From: Geosiphon pyriformis uo1
Taxonomy: Eukaryota > Fungi > Glomeromycota
NCBI GenBank assembly: GCA_016748015.1
Contig: JAAOMT010000480.1
Span: 868,001-932,000 of the forward strand
Reading direction: 5' to 3'
Length of the DNA stretch: 64,000 nt
Under the pieces are notes generated by a model. It was not told the origin of the DNA and made no database searches. It was given only the letters and a program-made list of their open reading frames with translations. Position numbers and translations under genes: made by a program. Of this stretch, positions 41,477 to 53,223 are shown one piece after another; position 1 is the stretch's first letter, and the number at the start of each line of letters is the position of its first letter.

Positions 41477-43137
41477 AATAATATATCACGAGATTGAACA
41501 TGAAGAAAAGGAGAATAGCTTATAAAGATTAAAAGTTTTTTTTTAATCAGATGACTTGGATTTGATGAATAGTTTTGGGAGTTAGATGCTTGAATTTCAT
41601 GGAATGTTTGGAAGTAAATGAAATCAGTCAATTTTCTGAACGAGAATTATTTAAGTTCAGAAAATTAGAGTAACACTTTTTCTTCGTGACAGACCTAGTT
41701 GTGGCTTGTTCCTTTAAAATTTATATTGCTGAAAAACCTAAGAAAGCAAAGTTGCTGCCCAAGAATCAAAACTGAAACTTTGGCAAGTTTCATAATAATA
41801 CATATACATGAATTAATTTTTGCTGTGAAATTCAAAATTGTTATCAGTGAGTGACCAAGCTAATAGCACAAGGGCCGATTGATACCTAAAAAGCCTTTCA
41901 AACAGATAATTTTGAAATTTTGGGATTCAAATAAAATGTAACAAGGTAACAATGAGATCTTGACTCTTTTAAAAAAGCATCAAATATATCACATCGCAGA
42001 AAACTCGAATGAATTCAACATTTAAGGATTCTTTTAACCATTGAATCACATAAATAAATGTAAAATTTTAATATCTAATATTTCTTTTAAGTATTTTAGA
42101 TATTTTAACTAATTTTTGAATATAATAATGTTTCAGAGAGTCATTAAAAATAATATTTATCTATGACTAAATTCAGACACAATGTACCGAATTTCTTTTT
42201 TCTTTGATTAATTATACAAGAGAATTATTTAAAGATCATAAAACAAGGGGTGTTTCATAAAATGTGATTTTTCTCTCAGAATTTATGTCAAACGTAAAAA
42301 GGGCAGGAATTCTTTTCGCTGTTGCTTGTAAACCAAATTACTTATCTGAAAATATCGTTAACTTTTGTAAAATAAAAATTAAATGGTAAGCAAAATTTGA
42401 ATTGCGAGAAAAAATTTTTCCGTCTCTTTTGTGTTTCCCAATCATTTGTTCTTACTAGTTAATTTACCCAATATTTACCCTTAAAAAGATTTCCTTTAAT
42501 ATCTAAGCCCAAATGAAGATGTACGGAATTAATTAGCCTCATTTAGAGATGGCAGATAGATTGTCACCAATAAAATATTTTTCAATCATCAAAATATATG
42601 TAAAAGGAGGTATTTTGGCGAATTAAGGTGTTGCGGCAAAGTTAGCAAAATAATTTCACGTGTAAGAATAAGACGCGTGAAAATATAACATTTTCGCACA
42701 TGAACAAAGGGCATTTTTTATAACAACCCATTACAAATTATTGATTCGCCACAATATCGTGATTCAAGGTTTTAACTATTGGATTTTAAACCTTGTTTTT
42801 ATAACATTTTGTGAAAGTTTTCTTGAACAATTTAAAAATATATTTTGATTGTATACATAATCTAATTATTTTGTCTTTTGAAAAAATGATAACAATTTTT
42901 ATTTTTTCAAATACTCTTACATTTATTATGAAAATGAGAACAAGTTAAAATTGGGTACCAAATACCTGGAAAATTTTAAGAAGTTTCTAATTCTGAGTTT
43001 CTTTTTTCAATATTTATTTACATCAAATCCTTAACGTTTCATTGATAAACATCACGAGCCTTGCTCAAACTACAAAATGATCGAAGCTAATACTCACACG
43101 TTAACTAAAATTTAATACCAAAATTCGGTTTAATAAA

Positions 43138-44642
43138 ATGATTCTTTTCTTATTATTCTTTGTCTTTAGTGTTATCAAATGTTCGTCAAATATTGAGATC
43201 TATTCAGAAAATTTAGTTCCATATCATAATTTCAATTTTTCCTCTCAAGAAGCAAAATTTTTTAACTCTAATATCAAAATTTTAAACGTAAAGCGGGTTC
43301 CATTGTCTCATCCACCTAGACAAGAGATGTTACCTTCTACAAGAATTTTGGATTTTTTTAGACAAATTGCATTAATTGCAAATCATGCATATTGCCTACC
43401 AGGAAATGCTAGTGGAATGAGAGTTCTGAAAGGTAAAAAAAATTTAAAAATAGCTATTTTGAAAATAACTTTTTGTCACCCCTTTTATAAATTTTGATTA
43501 ATTTTTAGCTTCTCATGGATTTTATGTGTATAGGAAAAGATTTCAGAATTATCAAGCTAAGCTACATGTAATTGTATATTTTAAGGGAAAGGTAAGGAAA
43601 AAGGATGTCAAAAATAATTATTTCTTGGTTAACAATAAATCTTATATTTTTAAGATTTAAAACTACTTATAATCAAAGGTGGTTTTCTACATAGATATTA
43701 AAAAAAGGAGAATGGTCAAAAAGACAAACAAATCTTGTCCCTTTTGAATTATTCGGCTCAGAAACTAACCCCGAAATACTTGTTGATGAGGAATGGCAAC
43801 GAGATACCTTGAAGATGTGGCCATTATTACTTCTCAGAATCTTCAAGGCTCTGAGGACCCCGCGTGGTCATCAGGATGTTGAATCAATTTATTTTATTGG
43901 ACATGCAATTGGTGGAGGTAATATTCTTCGAATGAATTTCTTTACCTATAAAAACTTTCAACTCTCAAATTGTCTAATAAAATTTTTAGCTTACGCGACC
44001 ATCGCAGCAGAATATTTCCGCCTATTCACAAGTGTTAAGACTGAAGAAGAAAATTATCCTCTATTTGACGATCTAAAAACTCGTGTATTTACTTTTGGTG
44101 CTCCACGAATCGGAAATGAGGTTTTTGCGCAACTAATAAATGAATATAGTTTCAAAGATTATCGTTTCACCTACGGAAATGATCATGTTCCACATTTCCC
44201 GCGAAAAAACATTGGAAATCAGTTATTGGTTCATTCCGAAACTGAGATTTGGATTGAGGCTTCTGAAAAGTGTAATTGTGTTCCCTTCCCGAAAGAAACC
44301 AAAATAGAAGAACAGGAAACTCCGGAGCAAGCAATAAAATATTATCGATGTCCAGGGACTTTTACCTTAACATCACCGAAATTCACTGCTCCCAGACCAA
44401 AAGAAAGATTACTTTTCCCGGTAAATTTTTTATTAGCTGGTGAAAATCAGGTAAGAAAAAATATGAATCTCATGTAAATAAAATGACTAATTTTTTTCTT
44501 TCACTCATAACGTTTTTTCTCCTTTTAGCAATGCAGTATGAGTCAAAATTTTGAAACCATTTCAGACTTCTTTTTTCATCAAGGACCTTATTTTGGGATT
44601 AAGATGGGCGATTGCAGACATCATCCAGTTTATATTGAATGA
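43138..44642 (+). CDS. Secreted class-3 lipase homolog with catalytic Ser replaced (GHAIGG), multi-exon
   Basis: N-terminal signal peptide, AYC, VYFKG, FIGHAIGGAYA, TFGAPRIGN, NDHVPHFP, EIWI, HQGPYFG; canonical introns. Confidence 0.88.
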
Positions 44643-45368
44643 CAAGCAATATAATTACAAATGAAAATATTTTATAAAGTTTCTGTCTCTAAAAGACACT
44701 TGGCTCAGAGTTTTAGTAAGGAAGAACCTTACAACATCAATTTTTTCGCCTTTGAAAGTGACTATTTAAGATTATTAAGTGACATTCCAGTTTGGTAGCA
44801 GCATTCAAAATTTAATATTTTGGGTTTAACTCCTGGGAAACTACTTGGATTAAGGCTTCTCCACTGTAAAAATATTAAGGCGTTCCTTTGATATTTGCAA
44901 TAAAAAATGAGTATTTTAGTCAGTTATGAACTATTAATTTTGAGACTTTACACAATAAAATATTGTCTTAATTGAAAAATTATGATCAAAATCTAATGAA
45001 TATTTGCTTTCGCAATGTTTATTTCAGTAAATTATATTTTGTAATTAAATGAGCTTCTTTTTGTAAACTCGCTTATATTAAAATAATTTTCAATTTTTGT
45101 TATTTATGGTATTTATGGTAAAGAAAGAAAAAAAAAATTTTGAGATAGTTTTTAATAAAATAAAAATTGCATCAAGATTCAGAATTTATAAACGTGTTCT
45201 ATTTATTATACATTCACCCATTGATTCATTCCATTGATTATTGCTTTTAATCAAGTTTTCCGCCATTTTTTCTGAAATCTGTCTATTTTTCATCAAGTCG
45301 TTCTAGTCAGGAAAAAATCTGATTTTTGAAATGATTCAATTCCGAGCAAGAATCTTTATTTTTCTTCT

Positions 45369-45397
45369 TGAGAGAGAGATATATATATATATATATT
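45369..45397. repeat. (GA)n(TA)n compound microsatellite
   Basis: gagagagagatatatatatatatatata, about 300 bp upstream of the 45693 gene. Confidence 0.8.
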
Positions 45398-45692
45398 TAT
45401 GTATCTAGATATACATGATTCCCAAAACTTTTAGTCATTACGTGTAAGCAAAGATATTTCAATCGCTTAAAATTTTCTACAATCAAAATCAACTGCATGT
45501 TGATTTTAAATGCAATCATGATGAATAAAATTCCGCAAAGAAATTATTCCCTTTTAATCAATACTTTTATTTCTAAAAAGATATAAAAAACCAATCTAAT
45601 TAATCGAAAAATTTTGCCATCAACTAGCTGAGAGTTCAGATATAAAGTGAAATTTAAAAAAAAAACTCTAAAAAAACCTAATAGAATATTTA

Positions 45693-46127
45693 ATGAAAAA
45701 GATGTCTTATGCTCAATCTTTTACCTTTTTTATGACTTTCTTCCTTCTATGTACTGTCTTATTCACTTCTGCTGTTCCAGTCCTTCACAAGTTTAACCAT
45801 TTGCAAACTCTCGGTAAACGTGGCATCATTCCTAATTCTGCAGTCCGATCCGGCGCTCTTACGGGAAAAATTGTTCCAGCTCGACTAATATCCCCAATCT
45901 TGGGAACTCCAGCTACGATCAATGGATTTCCCAAGCCAAAATTTGGGCCAACGACCAGTTTCTGTGAGTGTGCTAATTGTGGCAAAACTCCTGGTAGCTG
46001 TGGCAAATTAATTTTAGGTAGTCCGTTAGTAGGGCCAGGTATTAGTGCTGGGATAGGTCCTTTGCCACTTGCTGGTTTGAGCAATCTTGGGTTAAAGACT
46101 GGAGCTAATATTGGAAAATTTATTTGA
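45693..46127 (+). CDS. Small secreted protein, 144 aa: signal peptide, KR (Kex2) site, cationic Gly/Pro-rich mature region with CxCxxC...C
   Basis: Intronless GC-normal ORF in AT-rich flanks. Hydrophobic N-terminus ending TSA|VP, then LGKR|GIIP and FCECANCGKTPGSC. Confidence 0.8.
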   Translation: MKKMSYAQSFTFFMTFFLLCTVLFTSAVPVLHKFNHLQTLGKRGIIPNSAVRSGALTGKIVPARLISPILGTPATINGFPKPKFGPTTSFCECANCGKTPGSCGKLILGSPLVGPGISAGIGPLPLAGLSNLGLKTGANIGKFI

Positions 46128-46425
46128 ATCTTATGTGTGAAAATGATAATATGTCGAAATAATGATTCGGCAAAAAAAATTCAAAATAAATAGTCAGTAA
46201 CAATAATTCTAATAAAGAATACTAAAGAAATTTTATTTATCTTGAAGAAAGATAGCACTTTTTATTTCAGTTGCAACTTGCAATTTCTCGGATGAAGAAA
46301 AGATTTATCAATTCATTCTAGACTCACTAAATTAACTTTGAATTTATTCAAGATTAAAGCGTAAACATGAAATCTAGCTTTATTAAAAATTTCATCAAAA
46401 CTTCGAGTCTAATGCCATATCTCAG

Positions 46426-46937
46426 TTAGATGAAGTCATCCTCAAAGTCATCTCTTCTTCCTCTGATTCTTCTTTCTCTTCCGTATCTACTGTAACCATA
46501 TCTGCTTCCATATCTTCTTCTCCGTCTATAACTCGGACGTCGGTAATATCTTGATCGTCTTCGAACGTTTTCACGCTCATATCGTTCTCGTGAATAAATT
46601 TGGGCTGGAGTAAGACGGTCTTCAGTGGCGGGCTCAGGAACTGTTAAATATGTAAACAAGGGTGAAATTCGCGATTGAACCGATGCTCGAAACGAAAAGA
46701 AAATATACCTTCGGCTGATAGGTCCGTATCCCAATTTCCAGCTGAATCTATCTGATTCCAAGCGATTTGATCTGGTGAAACGCTGTCAATGAAATTTGGG
46801 TAATCTAGTTCGGATTTGGTCGGGTAGGTCACATCAGATTTGTACGGATCCGGGGCAGCAATAGAATTTGCTTTCGATTGGAGGGTGGCAAACGTGAAGA
46901 GTAGGATATAAAACACGAATATTCTAAGAGATTTCAT
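46426..46937 (-). CDS. Small secreted protein, 147 aa, 2 exons (46937-46709, 46640-46426): signal peptide, acidic region, Arg/Tyr-rich protamine-like domain, acidic tail
   Basis: A 68-bp intron GTATAT...TTAACAG (46708-46641) joins ORFs 46644..46937 and 46426..46761 in frame (SAE-V-PEPATED); total 444 nt. Confidence 0.82.
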
Positions 46938-47208
46938 TTTTGAAGGTTAAATATTTGTGAAATTGTGATTTCAGGTTTAATATTATTTTAAAATTGTAAT
47001 GTCAATGAGAATAAAGAAGCTATGAGGCAGGGTTTATTTATACCATAATACAAATGTTTCCGGTTGAAACTCCTCTCAATATTCTAGTCTTTGGGCATCG
47101 ATATAAAAAGAAAGATTTAAAAGTTTGATTGAGGAATGGAACTTTGCGCGTTTTTTCTAACGATAAATTACGCTTTTGGCGGATTTAAAAATTTTCGGCT
47201 GATTGAAA

Positions 47209-49962
47209 CAGTGATGGTAAATGACCAGGTCATTTGCAAATGACTCGTGACCAAATGACTTGGGTCATTTTGGTTGATTATATAAATCTATGAACATGGT
47301 TATTATTTTGTGTAACTATTTGTAATACCTTTTGTTCCTCAATTATTCTTTTTTTTTCACGAAAAACCTTACAATGGGTAAAAAAGAACATTATTTTCGA
47401 GAATTTTTTTATTCGGCTGAACCTGCAACAAAAAAGAAATAAAAAGCCAGTTTGCCTTTCATGTATACGAAAGCATACCTTACTTCTTGCTCTTACAAAC
47501 CCCTGAGTGCTTTGTTTCTAAAAAGGCAAAATTATGTTCGAAAGTGTCCAAATTTTGAAGCGAAATATAATGTACAAAAGGTTTTGGAGATTCGTAGACG
47601 ATCAGAACCTGAAGATACTAAAAAAAAGTAGTAAAGATATTTTTATTAATTTAATGATTAAATAGTGCATTTTAATCATTAGCATATATTTTTTAATATA
47701 ACAATAGTAACTGATATTTCTACCTCAACTTCCAAGATTTCAAAATCATTTACTAGTGTTTCTATCTTAAAAACAAGGCTTTCTTACTAATTATATTACA
47801 TGTCCACTATCTGAAAAAGACAAGCTGTATTTTGAAAACTTTGTATTATGTATTATTGTATCAAATGGCCTTTCATTGACTTTTATGGAAAATCAAGATA
47901 CACAAGATCTTTTTAATTTTATTATGCCAACTTTGAAATTACCCAACCAACAAGCAATTGGACAAAAAAATTAATGGATGAAATTTCAAACCATGCATCT
48001 GCAGATAAAATTAGAGTAACTGCAGCTTTTGATGGCTGGACAAACATCAAATGAGAACATCTTTTTGGCGTTAATTTTATTACTTCTCATGAAGAAGTTT
48101 TTATTTTGGAATGTGATATTAATAATAAACAATCAATAACCAAAATGTGAAATTTCTTGTGAGGTATAACGAATAATGCTGAAGAAAAAAGCATAAAAAT
48201 TAATTGCTATGTATTAAATTCTGCTGGTGAATATAAGGTAAATATTATATTTATTTATATTTAAATATAATATTAATAATACTATTAAATTTTTTAAATG
48301 AAAATTAAGAATTGAATATCCAAATAAGTTTTTACATTTTGTATGACACATCAAATGAATTTGGTTTTTGGCAATATTTTCAAAGAGTCTGTTACATATA
48401 AAACAATATCAAAAAATGCAATACGTATTATAAGTTACTTTATTAATTATAAAATAAGCAACTATTATATTATGGACAAATTATTTTTTTTCCACTTTAG
48501 CTAAAATATGTTTGACCAGTTTTTATTTTTATTTTTATTCTGTTTTAAAACTGAAACTGTACTTAAAATAAGTAATATTTATTATAAATAAAATATATTT
48601 AATAGTTTTAATTAATTTTATTTTTCTATTTCTTTATAATAAAATATTAGCTACAAAATTTTTACCAGAAAGAATTGACATAATTGATACTTTTTTGAAA
48701 TAAACAAATATGATAACAATTTTTATTATGAAATATTAATACAAACAAAATGCTTTTATTTGACATTGTATTAATTATACAAAAATCTGATTTTTGGGCT
48801 CAACTTTATAAACTTCAAGTTTTAACTATAACTATTATATAGAATATTAAATAAACTCCAAAAAAACAATATAAAATTATATAAAATTGTATATTGCTTT
48901 TAATAGATTATTAAAATTTTTGTAAATTAGTAAGATGAACATTTTTTGTTTTTATAAGAGCAATCTTTACCAATTTTTTCTAATATTTTAACTTTTTTTA
49001 TATACGCTTTGGCCAATAAATTAGTTATTATTATGCATAATTTAAAGAAATACTAATACATATTTTATGTAAATTTTAATATATTAAAGAGAAAAATTTC
49101 ATTTTAATAAAGAAACATATAATTAATTTAAAAAAAATATTATAAATTTTTGTAAGTCAATAAAAAATTTAGCACCAGAACTGTTCAATTAGCTATGCAA
49201 TTATTTGGAATATGTATTAATTCAACTTCTGTTATAAAATTATGATTAAACATGGATTTTTAATATAGAAAACACTGTAACCGTTTATAAATATATATTG
49301 TTTTTTTATTTTTTAAATTTTATGTTATTAGTTTTAATTATTTATATAAATATAAAAGAGCATTAGCAATGAATCAATTGCATAATAATATGCTAAGTAA
49401 ACAAAAATTTTAAGATATTGAAAAAGCTGAACAATGACACAAACAAATATATATTGCAATTCCTATTCAATTTTATGATAACAATAAAACAATATTACAA
49501 GAAGATTTACAGAATTATTTTCACTTAATGTAAGTAATAATAAAGAAAAAAATTCAAATAAAACTTTTGAAAAAATTTAATGAAGATATTGAAATCTTTA
49601 ATGAAGAGCATTGGTTACATATTATTGAGAATTGGATAAGTATATTGAATATTGAAAACCATTTAAATAATGGTAAAATTATAAATAGTGAACCATTTAA
49701 ATTTAAATTTAAATTTAAATTGAATGAACATATTATTTATTCTGCAGATAATTTATTAGCAAAATAGAATTTGTTAAGATTATTTAATAATTCATTGAAA
49801 GCTTCTATTGCTTTTATTACTTAATAATTTTTTATAATTTAATGCAATTAATTGTATTATGAATTTTCAAATGGCTTATTAAGTCATTTGGTCTTTTAAA
49901 TGACCACTGAATAGTCATTAGCCATTAGTTATTTGGGTCATTTTAAGTCATTTCCATGACTG
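47209..49962 (+). mobile_element. hAT DNA transposon (2754 bp), decayed intron-containing transposase
   Basis: Perfect 8-bp TSD GATTGAAA (47201-47208 / 49963-49970). Imperfect TIR CAGTGATGGTAAATGAC / CAGTCATGGAAATGAC. Subterminal AAATGAC/GTCATTT repeats. Transposase remnants AAFDGWTNI (~48025) and GICINSTSV (dimerisation domain, ~49210). Confidence 0.92.
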
Positions 49963-51101
49963 GATTGAAATGTCTTAATATTTAAAAGATTAACGCGTAT
50001 ATTATATTGCTCACATTGAGCGCCGTAATGGAATGATCATTTTACCGAGAAATTGAATACGCAAACTTATTGGTTTTTAACTGAAAAGCCATTTGGCCTG
50101 GCTGGCTAAAACTCAAAAGGTTATTTTAAACAACAACGTTCACTTGAGAGCAAGCTTTTTGGAATCTCGCTTAATATTCTTGGTAATCAAGTTTCCATTT
50201 TAAAATTGAATTTCACATAAAAATATAAGAAATTTGATCAAATTATTTGCATATATTCAGAAATAGTGATTTTTCTGACTTAAAAGCAGCAAATAATTTT
50301 TTTTTCAAGCATGTATAAAATTTTCAAAAACATCAAGCTTTATTTTCACTAGTGAGAAATAAGAAATTTCTTTTTAAAAAAAATTTTATCTGGTCCAAAA
50401 TAGCCACGTGATCAAAACATATTCAAAAAGCATTCTAGAATGAAATAAAAAATTGAGATTATTTGATAACCAATTTCTATTTTAGGTTATTCACATAATA
50501 TTTAATTTATTTTGCAATAACTGTACGGCCTATGTAGCGAATGTCACGTGCGAGCGAGAGAAGCGCTGCTTTGCTGGCGTTGTAGTAACACATCTGGGGA
50601 ATGAATGTCAAAAAATATAGTTAATACTATAATAAAAGAATTTCAATTGAAATAAAATGAAAATAAAAATTTTAAGAAATTCTGGCATCGTTAGCAAAAG
50701 CACCAGGAGTAGCAGTTATGCCATTTGTATCCTTCCAAACTCATTTAATTAAATTGAATCGTTTTCTTTTTTTTTTTTTTAAATAAACATTGATTAATTT
50801 ATGTTGTCTATTTTCTATTAAAAGTTAAAAAGACGCATTTTTGACTGACTTTTGAGTTTTCAAATCAAAGCATATTTTCTTTCTGGAATTCTAATCAAAA
50901 GTAAAATTTTTTATAAGTTATTATTTAAAAAAAAAATAAAACTTTTGTTTAAATATCACAATTTTTAATAGATATATTAACAAAAATATTGTCGTAATAA
51001 ATATTTTGTATAACAAAAAAGAAAAGAAATTCAATATTTTGTTAAATTAAAAAAAATTTCAATTGAATTTTGTTACAAACAAGATTTTTTTTAAAAAAAG
51101 A

Positions 51102-51248
51102 TAAAGTAATAAAAATCAAAATGAATTTAATATCTTTTTATCATTTGATCATTTGGTAAAAGATTTTAAAAAAAAATAAAGTAATAAAAATCAAAATGAA
51201 TTTAATATCTTTTTACCATTTGATCATTTGGTAAAAGATTTTAAAAAA
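51102..51248. repeat. Tandem duplication of a ~75-bp unit
   Basis: aaagtaataaaaatcaaaatgaatttaatatcttttta(t/c)catttgatcatttggtaaaagattttaaaaaa occurs twice. Confidence 0.85.
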
Positions 51249-51848
51249 TTTGAAAAAAAATATACATTGAATATTTTTTATTATTTGCGTTTTTTTTAAT
51301 ATGGCATTTACATAAATTTTTATATAAATATTTTCGAGTAATTTTTAATTACATGTATAAATCTATAAAATAGATGTTTGATAAAAACTATTATTTTAAT
51401 CAACAACAAATTAATAATAATCAATAATTGTCATCTTTCCAATATGAACAATGTAATGTTTTTTCCATTTTTTTTTAATAATTTTATTTAAAAATTGCTA
51501 CTTAAATTCCAATTGAAAATTTTTGTAATGTTAAAAATTTTTTTTTGTCAAATCTTTTTTAATATAAATAATTAAAAATTAATATTTTAACCCATTTTTA
51601 GTTAATAATAATTGTAATTAAGTGAAATTTGTTTTTGTATTCCCATACATATTGTATATTTTTGAAATAAAAGATAAGAAACATCAGACATAAGTATTGG
51701 ATAGATAACTTAAAAAAGATAATTATTAAGGGTGAACAAAAACCAAAAACCAAAAATCAATATTTTCTGTTTCAAATAGCAAACATTAAAACCTAGTAAA
51801 TCTATATTTTATTAAGAAATCAACAAATAAGGTCAATAAATATGCCTC

Positions 51849-53223
51849 TTATTGAGGGCACTTGTCCATTATGTATCCGAAATAGGGTCCAAAATGATCG
51901 TCTTGATTAGGTTTTTTAAAACTTCTATGATCGAGGTATCTTCGATACGCGAAATTTGCATTACAAACCTATTTGAATAAATTTAATTAAATACAAAGAC
52001 ATAATTTGGCTTTAGCAGGCGAAAATGCTTACTGGATTTGGATTCAGACTTCCGATCTGGTTGCATCGGTAGATTTTTGGATAGTTCAACTCACTTGAAT
52101 CTACTATGGTAAAAGCAGGTGAACATTGACATTGATCAGGTTGCAATGGAATCCAATATTCGGTACTCATGGGTACGTATTTTTCCTCCATATTATCATG
52201 TCTTATACCAAAACGAGGAAATTGTGGGACGTAATCATCACCATACGTAACACGATAGTGCTCAATTTGTGAGTACGCAAACGAGACAAATTCCATATTG
52301 CCAATGCTAGGCATACCAAATGTGACGACAATAGGTTTAACAGCATGTTTATTAGCAAATTCCAAAGCTGCAAATATTGCATAAACTTAAATCAAATATA
52401 AAATAAGTTTCACGGAAAACATACTTTTGCAATTGAAAACTTTGATTGAAGGGCATTATGTTGAAAACTTACTTCCACCTCTTCCAAAAGCAACAAAGGA
52501 AAACAAAGACTTTCTATCAAGAAACCCCTTTTGAGATTCCAAAATTTTCATTTTACTCCAAAAATGCTTTTGTGCATTTTGCCAGATGTTGTAATACTTT
52601 TTTTCAACTAAAGTCCCAGCAACGTGTTTATACTGAATAGCAGTCCATGCAGTTGGATCTTTAAACCATGAAAAATATTTGAGTTCGGTGGCTCGAAACT
52701 TTATTACAAATTTCTGAGAGGTGTCTCCGATAGGGTTTAAATCTTTTTCTATGTCCACTTTTAAAATATTAAATCTGTTAGTAAAGCTTGAAAAAAGATA
52801 TTATTGATAAAAGTTTTTACCATAAAGTAATCGGGCTAAAGTTTTTGACTTTCCATCCAAACAGGCTGCTTCACTAGCGTGGTATGCTGAATCTGCAAGT
52901 AAACCAAGCAAATCCTTATTCTCTATTAAAATCTTTTCTGAAGTTTCTGTTCTTCGCATTAATTGTAAATATGAAATGCTCTTGACTGACTGAGTTTGAG
53001 ATAAACCCTTTAATGATTGCAGATTATTGATTTGATCTTTGATAATCAAAGTGCTTTTATTTCGTCTAATAAAATTCCCTATGATTTTATTTTTATCATC
53101 CGCGATATTCTGTGAAAATTTCACGCCGTCCCTGCTGTTTGATTTTAATTGTATTGAAAGGTAACTCATTAAGGTAAATATAGAGCATAGGAAGAAAATC
53201 AATAAAATCAAAAATATATTCAT
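51849..53223 (-). CDS. Secreted or anchored class-3 lipase homolog with catalytic Ser replaced (AFGRGG), 4 exons
   Basis: Hydrophobic N-terminus; FSFVAFGRGG|IYAIFAALEF at the nucleophile elbow; TFGMPSIGN, YRVTYGDDYVPQFP, EYWI, DHFGPYFG, as in the 43138 paralog. Confidence 0.85.

Noticed and set aside
47209-47275. Repeated AAATGAC/GTCATTT motifs resembling an array or palindromic operator
   Set aside because: Explained as hAT subterminal transposase-binding repeats, mirrored at 49880-49962; not CRISPR-like.
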